Part shown: one piece after another, positions 27,811-39,100 of the stretch | How positions within the stretch are numbered: position 1 is the first letter of the stretch | Layout of the letters: each line of letters begins with the position of its first letter | DNA from: an uncultured archaeon | GTDB lineage: Archaea > Nanohalarchaeota > Nanosalinia > Nanosalinales > Nanosalinaceae | DNA length: 64,000 bases | NCBI GenBank assembly: GCA_964604885.1 | Contig: CAZSAB010000003.1 | Span: 28,335-92,334, forward strand | Direction: 5' to 3' | The notes under the pieces: generated by a model | What the model was told of the DNA's origin: nothing | What the model saw: the letters and a program-made list of their open reading frames with translations, nothing else | Database searches by the model: none | Position numbers and translations under genes: made by a program

Positions 27811-28992
27811 ATGAACACAGAGAAAATCAGGGAGGACTTTCCAGTATTCCAAGAAAGAGAGAACTTGGTCTATTTGGATAACGCAGCTACTAGCCAAAAA
27901 CCCGGGCAGGTAATACAGGCAATTCAGAACTTCTACCAAAAAAATAATTCTAATGTGGGTAGAGGGCTTTACGACCTGGCTAATGATTCGACGCAGGAGT
28001 ATAAGAAGGCTAGGAGAGTGGTTGCGGATTTTATCGGGGCTTCAAGCTCTGAGATAGTCTTTGTCAGGAATACGACAGAGGCTGAGAACCTGCTAGCTCA
28101 CTCGCTGGATTTTGAAGGCAATGTTGTTCTCAGCGAAATGGCTCATCACAGCGAACAGCTTCCTTGGAGGAGGAAAGCAGAGCGGGAAGGGGACGAAATT
28201 AGTTATTTGGAAACTGTAGATGGTAGAATTTCTCCGGATTCAGTTCAGAAAAAGATAACAGAAGACACAGGCCTTGTCGCAGTATCTCATATTTCAAATG
28301 TTTTTGGTGCAGAAAATCCTGTGAAAGAGATTGTGGAAATTGCTCATAAAAAGAATGCAATGGTTGTATTGGATGCTGCTCAGAGCAGTCCACATATGTC
28401 AATAGATGCGAGGGAGTTAGATGTTGATTTCCTCTGCTTCTCTGGACATAAGATGCTTGGTCCATCAAGTATTGGAGTACTTTATGGCAAAAGAGAACTG
28501 CTTCAGGATATGAAACCGTATCAGGTTGGTGGAGGAATGATTAAGTCCGTAAAGCAAGATTCAATTGATTATGAGGCTGCTCCGGAAAAATTTGAAGCAG
28601 GTACAGAAAATGTTGCAGGTGCTGTGGGACTCGCGGCTGCGATAGAATATTTGGAGGAAGTCGGTCTAGATCAAATCTACGCTCACGATAAGCATTTAGC
28701 TGAAATGGTGATTGAAAGTCTCAAGGGTATCAAAGGAGTTGATGTCCTTTCTCCTGAAGTTGCAAGCCTGGTTTCTTTCACTGCTGACTGGGCGCATCCG
28801 CATGACATAGCAGAAGTTTTGAATCAGCATGGAGTTGCTGTAAGGGCAGGCAACCATTGTGCTCAGCCACAGATGGCGGAACTTGGCATAACCGGTACTA
28901 CTCGGGTAAGTCCTTACCTGTATAACACTGAGGAAGATGTGAAGAAATTTTTGGAAGCGGTTAGAGAGGCCAAAGATGCTTTTGATACTTGA
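27811..28992 (+). CDS. sufS: Cysteine desulfurase SufS
   Basis: YLDNAATSQKP, DAAQS, FSGHKMLGP (PLP Lys) and RAGNHCAQP (catalytic Cys). Confidence 0.96.
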   Translation: MNTEKIREDFPVFQERENLVYLDNAATSQKPGQVIQAIQNFYQKNNSNVGRGLYDLANDSTQEYKKARRVVADFIGASSSEIVFVRNTTEAENLLAHSLDFEGNVVLSEMAHHSEQLPWRRKAEREGDEISYLETVDGRISPDSVQKKITEDTGLVAVSHISNVFGAENPVKEIVEIAHKKNAMVVLDAAQSSPHMSIDARELDVDFLCFSGHKMLGPSSIGVLYGKRELLQDMKPYQVGGGMIKSVKQDSIDYEAAPEKFEAGTENVAGAVGLAAAIEYLEEVGLDQIYAHDKHLAEMVIESLKGIKGVDVLSPEVASLVSFTADWAHPHDIAEVLNQHGVAVRAGNHCAQPQMAELGITGTTRVSPYLYNTEEDVKKFLEAVREAKDAFDT

Positions 28993-28993
28993 T

Positions 28994-30403
28994 TCAGCTG
29001 AGGGTGTAGCTTCTGCCGGCCATGGGGCTCAATAGCTTCTCTACCGGTGCGTAGTCATCTGTTAAAATCTGTGCACTTTCTGCGTCTCTCTTTTCCAGGT
29101 TTTTTACTTCATCTGACAAGTTTCGAAGCGTGAAGTTCTCCGCTCTGTCTTCAAGTTCTTCTTGGGACAACTTAGGGCTTTTGCTGCCTAATATTTCTAT
29201 ATTCTGAATTGAGGAGCTGTTTTGTGTTTTGAAGTAGTACATTGACGGGAACTCTTCATTCATTGTTTTGTAGTATGATTTACTGAATCTTGATGCCGGC
29301 CCAAGAGGTGCTGAAATAATATTAGATGCTACAACTCCGTCTTCATCGGTTTTTCTGTAAGCCAGGTCGAAGAATTCCTGGGTTGTCATGTGGAAAGGTA
29401 CTTTGTCTTTCCTGTAGGCGTCGAGTACGATAAGGTCATAGGTATTGTTGGTTTGTTCGAGGAACTCTCGGCCGTCCATGGTGTAGACGGACAGGTTTTC
29501 GGTTTCTGACAGGTTGAAGTGTTTTTCAGCTGCTTTGACAACACCAGGATCTAATTCGACAGCATCGACTTTTACTCCGTTCTCCGCAAACTGTTGTGGG
29601 CTTAAAAATCCCCCTCCACCAATAAATAATGCATTTTCAATGTTTTCGCGCATTAAATAAGGCAGATAGAAGTATTCTGGGTAGTCTGAAGGCGTCTGTG
29701 TAGAATTAATGTATTTTCTTGTCTGGGGCTGTCCTTCAAGATAAAGAGTGTTTATACTGTTTTCTTGAGTTACCTTCAAGCTCTGATAAGGTGTTTCGTC
29801 CTCATAGATTACATTTTTGGCTGATACAGGGTTTTGGCTCATTGTCACTCCGAATATCACTATTGCTGGCAAGAAGTATGCCCGGAGTGTGATGCTGCTC
29901 TTGATCAGTGGGAGTGCTGTGAGTCCTGCAAAAAGTATGTAGATCTGATTAACTGGTAGGTTCGGTATCAAGAGGAATGTTGTTCCAAATGCTCCTATTA
30001 TGCTTCCTGCGGTCCCAATGGCGTAGAAGTGCCCGCTGGCTTCTCCTTTAGTCTCTTTTTGAGATAGTTGTGCTGCATAAGGACTGATGTATCCAAGAAA
30101 GTATGTTGGCGGCCCGAAAAGCAGGGTGACAGGAATAATCGGAGCATAAATAGGACTTATTGGTATGGCTGATGTTTGAAGCAGTATTTGTTCTCCAAAG
30201 TACATTATAAAAAGTATATAGCCTGAGGTAAAAACCAGATACCTTTCCAAATCCTTTATACCGGCTTTCTGAGAGGTTTTACCTCCGGTATGGTATCCCA
30301 GGCTGAGTGCAAGCATTGAAACTCCTATTATGCTTCCCCATGTGTAAATACTCGATCCAAACTCCGGAGCAATAATCCTCCCTGCCAATATCTCCAAACC
30401 CAT
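28994..30403 (-). CDS. Fused membrane domain / spermidine synthase-like methyltransferase
   Basis: N-terminal TMs (SMGLEILAGR, GSIIGAF); C-terminal LFIGGGG, VELDPGVV, DGREFL and DLIVLDAY. Confidence 0.85.
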   Translation of the reverse strand: MGLEILAGRIIAPEFGSSIYTWGSIIGVSMLALSLGYHTGGKTSQKAGIKDLERYLVFTSGYILFIMYFGEQILLQTSAIPISPIYAPIIPVTLLFGPPTYFLGYISPYAAQLSQKETKGEASGHFYAIGTAGSIIGAFGTTFLLIPNLPVNQIYILFAGLTALPLIKSSITLRAYFLPAIVIFGVTMSQNPVSAKNVIYEDETPYQSLKVTQENSINTLYLEGQPQTRKYINSTQTPSDYPEYFYLPYLMRENIENALFIGGGGFLSPQQFAENGVKVDAVELDPGVVKAAEKHFNLSETENLSVYTMDGREFLEQTNNTYDLIVLDAYRKDKVPFHMTTQEFFDLAYRKTDEDGVVASNIISAPLGPASRFSKSYYKTMNEEFPSMYYFKTQNSSSIQNIEILGSKSPKLSQEELEDRAENFTLRNLSDEVKNLEKRDAESAQILTDDYAPVEKLLSPMAGRSYTLS

Positions 30404-30505
30404 TGAAACAACGCCAGAAATTATGACTGACAGTTCGACTCGAGAAAAATAACTTGGAGTTGGGAAAATTTCATATGTTTAAACTTGTGTTGCGAAAACT
30501 TAAGC

Positions 30506-30859
30506 ATGTATAGAGAAGAAATCATGGATCATTACAAGAGACCCAGAAATACTGGCAAACTGAAAAAAGGTGTTGAGGCCGAAGGAGAGAATGCTAGCTG
30601 TGGTGACAAGGTCCATGTGTACGCTGAAGTTGATAATGGAGAAATTTCCGACTTCAAACATGAGACAGAGGGCTGCGCAATCTGTACAGCAGCTACATCG
30701 ATACTTTCGGAAAAAGTTCAAAGCATGAATACTGAAAAACTTGCCTCTTTGGACCGTGACTGGATTGTCGATGAGTTAGGTATTGATGTTTCTCCGATGC
30801 GTGTGAAGTGTGCTGTCCTTGGGTTGAAGACTTTGCAGGATGCAGTTGATCAGGATTAA
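30506..30859 (+). CDS. sufU: SufU/IscU-type Fe-S scaffold / sulfur-transfer protein
   Basis: [23 protein letters not shown] and RVKCA (three conserved Cys); ATG at 30506. Confidence 0.9.
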   Translation: MYREEIMDHYKRPRNTGKLKKGVEAEGENASCGDKVHVYAEVDNGEISDFKHETEGCAICTAATSILSEKVQSMNTEKLASLDRDWIVDELGIDVSPMRVKCAVLGLKTLQDAVDQD

Positions 30860-30884
30860 GAAGATTATTGCCAACTCTTTGTAT

Positions 30885-31634
30885 ATGGCACTTGAAGTAA
30901 AAGAGTTGAAGGTTTCAGTTGAAGAAGAAGATATTGTTCGAGGAGTTTCTATAAATGTTGAGCCAGGTGAGATCCACGTTATCATGGGTCCAAACGGATC
31001 GGGAAAAAGTACTCTATGCAAATCCTTGATGGGTAATCCGGTCTATAAAATTGATGGAGGAAGCATCCTAGTCGATGGTGAGGACGTTACTGATGAAGAA
31101 ACTCATGAGAGAGCACAGGAAGGTCTATTCTTAGGTTTCCAGTATCCTGCAGAAGTCTCTGGCATTAAGGTTTCAGAGTTTCTGAAGGAAGCAGTTGACG
31201 CCCAGAGAGAGGAAAAAGAGGAAGATCCAATGCCTCAGAGTGAGTTCAATGAGCTTCTACGGGAAAAGCTCGACCTTCTAGATATGGAAGAGGACTACGC
31301 GAGAAGATACCTAAACGAAGGATTTTCAGGTGGAGAGAAGAAGAGAAACGAGATTCTCCAGATGGCAGTACTTAATCCCAAGTATGCAATCCTCGATGAA
31401 ATCGACTCAGGCCTCGATATAGATGCACTTAAGGTTGTAGCCAAGGGAATCAATGCTTTGGCAAACGATGAAAGAGGGATTTTAATGATTACACACTACC
31501 AGAGAATTCTAGATCATGTTAAACCTGATCACGTGCATGTAATGGTAGAAGGCCAAATTGTGGAAAGTGCAGGGCCAGAACTAGCCCATAAACTGGAAGA
31601 CGAAGGTTATGAATGGGCCAAGGAGTTAGCTTAG
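30885..31634 (+). CDS. sufC: Fe-S cluster assembly ATPase SufC
   Basis: [40 protein letters not shown] and ITHYQR; ATG at 30885. Confidence 0.96.
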   Translation: MALEVKELKVSVEEEDIVRGVSINVEPGEIHVIMGPNGSGKSTLCKSLMGNPVYKIDGGSILVDGEDVTDEETHERAQEGLFLGFQYPAEVSGIKVSEFLKEAVDAQREEKEEDPMPQSEFNELLREKLDLLDMEEDYARRYLNEGFSGGEKKRNEILQMAVLNPKYAILDEIDSGLDIDALKVVAKGINALANDERGILMITHYQRILDHVKPDHVHVMVEGQIVESAGPELAHKLEDEGYEWAKELA

Positions 31635-33454
31635 CTCCTGTCAAAGAATTTTTCTATCTCCTGCCACGGTGCCTTTGTCTTCTTTAAATTTATGTCGGGG
31701 GGAAAGACTTTCCTGTAGTTGCTCCAGCTGTAGCGTTTGTCCATGTAGATGATAACTCCTTTATCCTCTTTTGAACGTATGCAGCGCCCAGCTGCCTGTA
31801 TTGCACGATTCATCGCAGGATAGCTGTACCCGTAATCCCAGCCCTTGCCAAATCGCTCGTCCAAAAAGTCTATCAGGGCTTTGGTTTCAAGATTAGGCCT
31901 CTGTAGAGGGAGTCCGACGATAAATGCTGCCTTCAATATTTCTCCTGGGAAATCTATGCCTTCTCCGAATGACCCGGCAGCTACTCCTAGAAGCAGCCCA
32001 TCTCCATCTTCTGACCTGTTTTTAAACTGCCTAAGTGTGTCCTGCTTTTCCTCTTTGCCCATTCTGCGTGTCTCGGTGTAGATATTTCGTTCCGTTTTTT
32101 CTTTCAATTCTTGTCTAATCTCTTTCAAAATATTATAACTTGGGAAGAACACTGCAGCGTTTCCTGGTACTGCTTCTAGGGATTTACTTATTATCCAGGC
32201 GTATTTCTGAGTCATAGAGTCTCCTCTCTCCTCATACTTTGTTGTCAGGCTTGGAATAACTAGTTCCTCCTTATTTTCCTGAGGGAAAGGTGAACCAAAC
32301 TCCTGCATATGCGTTAAGTTGTCTTTCAGTCCAAGAAGATCGACATACATCTTTGGAGGCGTCAAGGTTCCCGACATCAAGATGCTGGAATGGGAAGCAT
32401 TCAAGGGTTTCTCCGTCGATATCTGAGGATTGAGGCAGCTGTACTGTACTTTAACCTCTTCTTTTTCTCTCTTAATGCAGCGGACGAATCCTTCGTCTTT
32501 TCCCGACCATTTATCCATGGATTCTTCCAGCTGACGACAAAAGCTTTTCTCCCTTTCCTGTTCAACCTCTTCAGCAAGATCACGCAACTCAACTTTCAAC
32601 TCCTCGAAACTATGGAAGTCATCAACTAATGTTACCAAATCTCGCTTTGAGATTTCCTTCTCGAAACTATCCTGGCCTAGCTCTTTTCTGCTCATCCTGA
32701 AGAGCTCTTCCCTGAATTGGTCTAGATACTCTTGCTCCTGATAGTATCCGAACTTTTCTGTCTCTGTCTTACAGCGCTCTAGAAGGCCTGTAGAGATGGT
32801 AGCTGAGAAGAGTGATCGGGTTCTGGAAGGCATGTTGTGAGCCTCATCAACCACCATAATCGAGTTCTCTAACTTGGTCTCAGCCTTCTCAAGTAAAATA
32901 TCTCTAACAGCAGGGTGGAAAACATGGAAGTAGTCTCCGATAATCAGGTCAGCCTCCTTAGTCATATGCAGAAGAATCTGGTAGGGGCAGACTGCTTTAC
33001 ACTCCCTCTTAACCTGTTCAGCAGATAAATTCCTATACTTCAAATTATCTAGCTTTTTCTGGGCTCTCTCTGTCAACTGGTGGTTGTTCAAAGTGGACTC
33101 GTGCCTTGGACAGTCTGGTCCTTTACCGCTCCGTGTCGAGGAATCTGCTTCACACAAGTGGTCTTTTCCGATCAGATCAACAGCTATCAAGTTTTCTCCA
33201 TGTCTCTCATTAATGTTCCGTACTGTTTCCAATGCAATTTCGTGTTGAGAATTTCTAGGCGTCAGGAAAAAAGTTTTCTTGTCGTTTCTGAGTCTTTCCT
33301 CAAGTGCGGGCGTCAATGCGGCAGCTGTCTTTCCAAGGCCAGTGGGAGCGTGTGTTACCAGATTCTCGCAGTTTTCTATTACTTCTTCTACTTTCTTCAG
33401 CATTTCTTCTTGTTTTTCCCTTTTCTCTGTGAATGGGAAGAGGTCAATATCCAT
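31631..33454 (-). CDS. xpd: XPD/Rad3/DinG family 5'-3' DNA helicase
   Basis: [26 protein letters not shown] and QAAGRCIR helicase motifs; Cys in the Fe-S region. Confidence 0.9.
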   Translation of the reverse strand: MDIDLFPFTEKREKQEEMLKKVEEVIENCENLVTHAPTGLGKTAAALTPALEERLRNDKKTFFLTPRNSQHEIALETVRNINERHGENLIAVDLIGKDHLCEADSSTRSGKGPDCPRHESTLNNHQLTERAQKKLDNLKYRNLSAEQVKRECKAVCPYQILLHMTKEADLIIGDYFHVFHPAVRDILLEKAETKLENSIMVVDEAHNMPSRTRSLFSATISTGLLERCKTETEKFGYYQEQEYLDQFREELFRMSRKELGQDSFEKEISKRDLVTLVDDFHSFEELKVELRDLAEEVEQEREKSFCRQLEESMDKWSGKDEGFVRCIKREKEEVKVQYSCLNPQISTEKPLNASHSSILMSGTLTPPKMYVDLLGLKDNLTHMQEFGSPFPQENKEELVIPSLTTKYEERGDSMTQKYAWIISKSLEAVPGNAAVFFPSYNILKEIRQELKEKTERNIYTETRRMGKEEKQDTLRQFKNRSEDGDGLLLGVAAGSFGEGIDFPGEILKAAFIVGLPLQRPNLETKALIDFLDERFGKGWDYGYSYPAMNRAIQAAGRCIRSKEDKGVIIYMDKRYSWSNYRKVFPPDINLKKTKAPWQEIEKFFDRS

Positions 33455-33534
33455 GTTTCTGGGTTGGTGTGAAGTAATAAAAATCGGAGATAACTATCCA
33501 AATAGTTTAAAATGGTTCTTTCTTAAGCCAAACC

Positions 33535-34428
33535 ATGTCACTGAACGCAGTCGAAAAGATTGAAGATGCAATGGAAAGGTCTAAGGACATACTTCTTCCT
33601 TTTGAGTTCAAAACTTGGTCCAGGTTAGCCATTATCACAGTTTTCCTAGGAGGCTTCGGCTTTTCGAACATTTTCTTCAATATACCTTTCCCTTCGGGAG
33701 AATACAGTTCCTCAGGAACAAACGCGATGACTGGAATAATGCCTTCAGCTCTAGGTATAGCAGCTTTAGGCTTGGTTTCAGCTATTATCTTAATTCTGGT
33801 AGGCTTTATGTACCTGAGCGCTACTTTTAAATTCGTAATGTTTAGCAGTTTGAGAGATAGAGAGGTAAGAATCAGGAGAAATATCGCAAGAAATTATGTC
33901 AACGGGTTTAAATACTTCCTCTTCCAGCTGCTGATGTTTGCGGCAGGCATAAGTCTATTTATAGGATGGATAGGTTCTTTTATGGTCTCTCCACTTCTAG
34001 GCCTGTTATTGGTTCTCCCAGCTATCCCTATAGCAGTTCTTTTTGCTGTGTTTTCGGGTATAGTCCATGATTTTGCGTTGCAAGAGGTCATAGAAGAAGA
34101 GAAAGACTTCATTTCTGCCGTCAAAACCGCTTTATATTCGGTGACTGCTAGCTGGAAACAGTTTGGAGGTTATTTACTCTTCAGATTGATAATTTCAATG
34201 GCAATAGGTGTTATGAGCTTCTTCTTGTTGCTAGTAGGTACCTTGGTTGTAGCCATTCCTTTTGTGGCTGCAGGTTTGCTTGCGGCATCTATTAATTCAC
34301 TTCTAGGTATAATAGTTGGCTTAGTAGGTGTAATGGTATGGATAATAGTAATGCTATACTTAAACGCGCCTTTCAGAGTATATATGTATAGCTACTTTGT
34401 AGAGATGTACGATGTATTCATGGAATAG
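33535..34428 (+). CDS. Multi-pass membrane protein of unknown function
   Basis: About 7 hydrophobic helices; N-terminus resembles a widespread archaeal membrane family. Confidence 0.6.
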   Translation: MSLNAVEKIEDAMERSKDILLPFEFKTWSRLAIITVFLGGFGFSNIFFNIPFPSGEYSSSGTNAMTGIMPSALGIAALGLVSAIILILVGFMYLSATFKFVMFSSLRDREVRIRRNIARNYVNGFKYFLFQLLMFAAGISLFIGWIGSFMVSPLLGLLLVLPAIPIAVLFAVFSGIVHDFALQEVIEEEKDFISAVKTALYSVTASWKQFGGYLLFRLIISMAIGVMSFFLLLVGTLVVAIPFVAAGLLAASINSLLGIIVGLVGVMVWIIVMLYLNAPFRVYMYSYFVEMYDVFME

Positions 34429-34430
34429 TT

Positions 34431-35612
34431 TTAGAAATCCCGAATGCTGGACTGGCGGCCACCCAACATTTTCGATTTCTTCTTTATTCTCTTATACAGA
34501 AACTTGAACTCATTTCCAATTCTGAACTTCACATCTTTGAAGCGGTCAACGTAATCTCCATCATTGAAGCTGTTTCTGACTGTCTCTCGAATCACCCAGA
34601 CTCCAAGTGGCGCCCAGTAATCCGGTTTTACTTCTCTTACTACAAGCGCCTTTGCTTGTCTCTTTCTGCTTTTTAGGTGTTCCGTTATGCCTAGTCTGGT
34701 TGCGTAGAATGCTCCAGCTGTCTCCTCAGCATAGTCTGTCCTCCCGCTGTACGGTTCGTAGTTCTGAGCTACATAGGTGTTTGCAGCGCCGTTCCATACT
34801 GAACCAGGCCTTTTCAGCTCCATTAGTTCGTATTCCCATTTGCCTGGAATCAGGAAGATGTGAAACTTATTTCCTATGTATTCGTTATTGTAGTATTCGA
34901 TCTGTCCGATCTTCTGAAAGTCTTTGACTTCTTGGCGCATTTTCTGAGATATAATGTCGTCTGTTGCAGTTATACTCCATCTGGTAGGAACTAATTCTTT
35001 ATTTTCGCCTTCTCCTAATAATCCAGCTGTAAAACTCTGCTGAATCTTGTAATTATCGACTCCCTTTCCGTGTAACTCCTGAACTGCTTTCTCAGCCTTC
35101 AAATCATTGTCGTAGAACGCCTTCTCAACCTTCCTCTCAACAGAAGGATTCTCGTTCAGAACTAGTTTGTTTAGGTCTCCAGAAGCTGAAACAGGCTTTA
35201 CTCTACCAGCAGATATACCTTTTCCTGGAGCGCTTTCTAACTCAACTTCTATATCCACGGGCTTCCTAGCCATCGCCACCTCTTGAGTATTGCTTAGAAA
35301 ACCAGTCTTTACCTTTCTCTTACTCTTTTTCTTGGAGTTAACAAGTGAAGTTCTCAGGGAAGCAACTCGCTCAATACTGAAACCCTTTTGGTACCACTTC
35401 TGGGGAGAATCCATTAATTCAGGATTTCCGAAATGCTGTGGTGAAAGCACCCCGGTACTGACATCAGGATAATTATGACTTCCAACAAAGATGCTCGGAG
35501 TCTTGCCTCTGAAGTTTTGCTTTCGCTTATGCTGGGGCATCACACTCTGTAATTTTCTCCTTGCTTCTTCCTCAGAAACATCTTTCGCGAGTTTACCGTA
35601 TCCCATGCACAA
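34431..35612 (-). CDS. nreA: Nre family DNA repair protein with C-terminal PIP box
   Basis: PSIFVG..YP.V, LVPTRWSITATDD, GAFYATRL and terminal QSSIRDF. Confidence 0.9.
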   Translation of the reverse strand: MCMGYGKLAKDVSEEEARRKLQSVMPQHKRKQNFRGKTPSIFVGSHNYPDVSTGVLSPQHFGNPELMDSPQKWYQKGFSIERVASLRTSLVNSKKKSKRKVKTGFLSNTQEVAMARKPVDIEVELESAPGKGISAGRVKPVSASGDLNKLVLNENPSVERKVEKAFYDNDLKAEKAVQELHGKGVDNYKIQQSFTAGLLGEGENKELVPTRWSITATDDIISQKMRQEVKDFQKIGQIEYYNNEYIGNKFHIFLIPGKWEYELMELKRPGSVWNGAANTYVAQNYEPYSGRTDYAEETAGAFYATRLGITEHLKSRKRQAKALVVREVKPDYWAPLGVWVIRETVRNSFNDGDYVDRFKDVKFRIGNEFKFLYKRIKKKSKMLGGRQSSIRDF

Positions 35613-35675
35613 TTAATGGGATTCCCAAAGATAAGAATCAGAACCTTTTTCACATTCCCAACTGAATCGTAATAT

Positions 35676-36185
35676 ATGCTAAGAGAAACACTCCAAAAAC
35701 TCGCACCGCTCATTGGAGTGATCTCGTTCGTCACAATTTCAACAGCAATAATCACTTTCCTCAGAAACGATTACGCCATAATGTCGATAGGTAAGACATT
35801 TATGGGAGCTTTCTTCTTGACCTTCGGCGGTTTCAAAGTCTACAACCTAGAAAGATTCAAGGAAGCTTTCAAAATGTACGACATACTCGCAGAAAAATTT
35901 GATCTATACGCATCAGCCTATCCATTCATCGAACTGGGTCTAGGCGTACTCTACATCTCACTGCTATTCATCAACTCCATACCTCTTAAAATCTTCACTC
36001 ACTCAGCCGCAATACTAGTAATGGGTATCGGAGGTTTAGGGGTACTCAATGCGCTCAGAGAAGGCCGAGACCTCAAATGCGCCTGCCTCGGAAACGTCTT
36101 TAACGTACCAATGACCACAGTAACACTAATAGAAGATTTAGGAATGGCAGTAATGGCGCTCTGGATGCTCCTTAACCTGGTTTAA
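35676..36185 (+). CDS. MauE/DoxX family membrane protein
   Basis: YPFIELGLG and LKCACLG motifs; 5 TMs. Confidence 0.8.
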   Translation: MLRETLQKLAPLIGVISFVTISTAIITFLRNDYAIMSIGKTFMGAFFLTFGGFKVYNLERFKEAFKMYDILAEKFDLYASAYPFIELGLGVLYISLLFINSIPLKIFTHSAAILVMGIGGLGVLNALREGRDLKCACLGNVFNVPMTTVTLIEDLGMAVMALWMLLNLV

Positions 36186-39100
36186 TTATCCTATCTTCCA
36201 ATGCGGGTTCTTTTCGTCTTTTATCTTTACTATTTCTTCCAGCACTGATTTTTCTCCTTCTGAAAGCAAATCTTCTAACTCTTGGAGTCTTTTATGATCT
36301 CTCTGTGGTACGTCTGTGAGCATGACTTGGCTTTTTTCCAGATCCCTGCCTATCGTAGGGCCTTGAATTGAAGCAGCTACTTGGCTTCCTCTTTCTGCTT
36401 CCTCTATTTTCTCGTGTTCTTCTTGGATTGATTTTAGTGTGCCTATTTTTTCTCCATTTTCGTCCATTAGAGTGCATCCTGGAGTGAGTACCCCTTCGAG
36501 TACTTTTACTCCAATTACTGCCGGGTCGTTCTTTCTGAATACGTTATCTGGCATTGCTTGTATCTTTGCTGGTCTCGTGACTGCTTTCAAGGCTTTTTCT
36601 CTCTGTTCTTCTTGAAGTTCTCTCTGCCAGATGTTGTAGTTGTCGATAATCTCGTAGATCACGTCGCTTGAGAAGACAGGTATGTCTTTTTCTTGATCTA
36701 TTTCTGCAGCTTGATCTGTCATTCCTGTGTTAAATGACAATACTGATCTGTACTCCGGTTCCTCATTTTGGACTTCAATTAAATCGCCTTTTGTGACTTT
36801 TCCGACTTCTGCCTTCTGTGCAGGTATTTCCGATTTTTCAACTTCTCGCATCATTGCTTCCAGAGAGCCAAGTGAGTCGGCTTTGACTACTACTCCTTCT
36901 TTCATCGTTTGGAACTCTTTGGTCTCCAGTTCTTCTCTGACTTCTTGTTTGGCCTCTTCCAGCTCTTCTTCACTAGCTGTTCGGATCGGTGAACCGGAGA
37001 TGACTCCTTCAAGGTCTTTGCCCGATATTTTTACTCCTGCCGCTGGCGTTATTTCATCTACTTCCTGGTATTGTTTGTCAAGCCGGATCTCTTCCAGAGG
37101 CCTTGGTTCCAGAAGTGCTCTTATATCCGTCACCTTCAACCCATCGCTTGTTCCGTATACAAGTTTGTCTTCTTTCCTAGCCTTTCCATCGTAGATTATG
37201 GCGTTGATTGTTGTACCCAGGCCTTTCTGCTGAGTTACTTCTAGAACTGTCCCCTTGCCTATTCCTTCATGGACTTCCAGTTTGTCAGCCAGGTAGTTCT
37301 GAGAAAGTCCTGAGAGCACCATCAACAGTTCTGGCATTCCCTCGCCTGTAACAGCTGATGTAGGCACCATAGCAACCTTTTCCTGGAAGCTGTCAATCCT
37401 GTCGAACCTGTCGGCCACTATGTCGTATTTGTTGAGCTCTCCCATTAGCTCGTATATCTTTTCGTCAAGTTTTTCCTTCACTTTATCCGACTGAGCTTTG
37501 ATATTTCTGGTGAAGCACTCGTCACCGGTCGTCCATCCCGGAAGTCTATCGATCTTGTTCAATGCGACGACAAACGGAGTATTGGACTGCTTAAGTATCT
37601 TGATAGCCTCTTCAGTCTGAGGCTGCACTCCTTCCTCTATGTCAATCACGAGTACTGCTATGTCTGATATACTTCCCCCTCTCTTTCTCAGAGATGAGAA
37701 GGCTGCGTGGCCTGGAGTATCGATGAACAACAGGCCGGGAATCGACAGGTCAGTTTCAAGGAGGTCCAGAAGGTCTCCACAGACATCTTCAACTGTCTGA
37801 AGCGGTACCTCGGTGGCCCCGATCATCTGTGTGATGCCGCCAGCCTCACTCCCCACAATCCTCGACTCCCTGATCTCATCCAGGATCGTGGTATTGTGGA
37901 CGACAATATCTTCTGCTATGAACGTTTCTGCTTCTGTCGTGAAGTCGTAGACTGTGCCGCCCTCATTTTCTCTTATATCGCCTACTTCAATGAACTTGAG
38001 GTCAGACTCTGCTATCTTCTCAAGTTTCTGAAGTTTCTCTGCCCTGTCTTCTCTCCATTTTTCCAGTATATTTTCTCCTCTCTGTGTTATCTGTATCTTT
38101 TCATCTGTTCTATCTATAAAATCCTGACTTTCCAGTGAGAGAAGATGGTTAAGCAGTCTTGGATGATCTATGCTTTCTTCTCCGTATATCTCTTCCCTTC
38201 TGCATGACTCCCTCTTCAGTCTCTCAAGTATATCTGTTTTTTCATCTTTGTTCAGTTTGAACTCAGGACTATCTCTCGCTTCATTAATCTTCTTCACGAA
38301 TTCTTTGAGGTAAGCCTTTGAGACTCTGTCGTACTCCTCATATCTTCTCTGGTATGGAATATTGATTTCTGTATGGCTTGCCCCTGCTTCCTGCCTTGAT
38401 TCCTTGACCTCACTCCCTTTGACAGGTGTTTGGCCGGTTACAGGATTTCTATTCGAATTTTCTCTGTGTTTCTGGAATCTCTCCTTCTTTTCAGGATGTC
38501 TGAAGCCTATTTGTGTAAATTTTTCCAGGTTTTCCTTACCGGTGATATATATAGTGTGGTATTCTTCGTCCTGTGAGGCATACGCTGATATTCCGAACTG
38601 TTTAAGCACGGTTTTCAGAGAATCTATCATCTCACTGCTTGCTGAAGTAGCTTGAACGCCGCCTTTCTTGTTTACATAGCCATCTGCATCGAAGTAGCCA
38701 GATATAAGGTTGGCTAGGATGTTTTTCGGCAGTCTCTGTGCGTAATTACTCAGTTTGATTGATTGAGATTTTTGCTCTATCGGGAAGTCGAACAGTATCT
38801 CGAAGAACTTGGAAAGCCTCTTACCGCATTTAACGTAGACTTCGTCGACCTCTTCTTCATAAGTATTAACTTGTGTCTCCACTCCTGCAGCACTCTCTAT
38901 CTTTCCCTTGAACTCAGTTCTAAGTACTTCTGAATTATTGTAAAGGTTTCTGGCTTCTCTGCTTCCATCTCCCAGCATAATTCCAACTGAATAGGCCAGG
39001 TCTTCAAACTCGCTTTCTGTAGACGGAAGCTCCATCCTCTTGCTGGTTGAACCTGCTCTCTGCTTCAAAGTAGACTGCTTGAAGCTTACTATATTTTCGT

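Noticed and set aside
34431-35612. NreA lacking an N-terminal Cys-rich zinc motif
   Set aside because: As I recall, haloarchaeal Nre proteins also lack it; core motifs and PIP box are intact.
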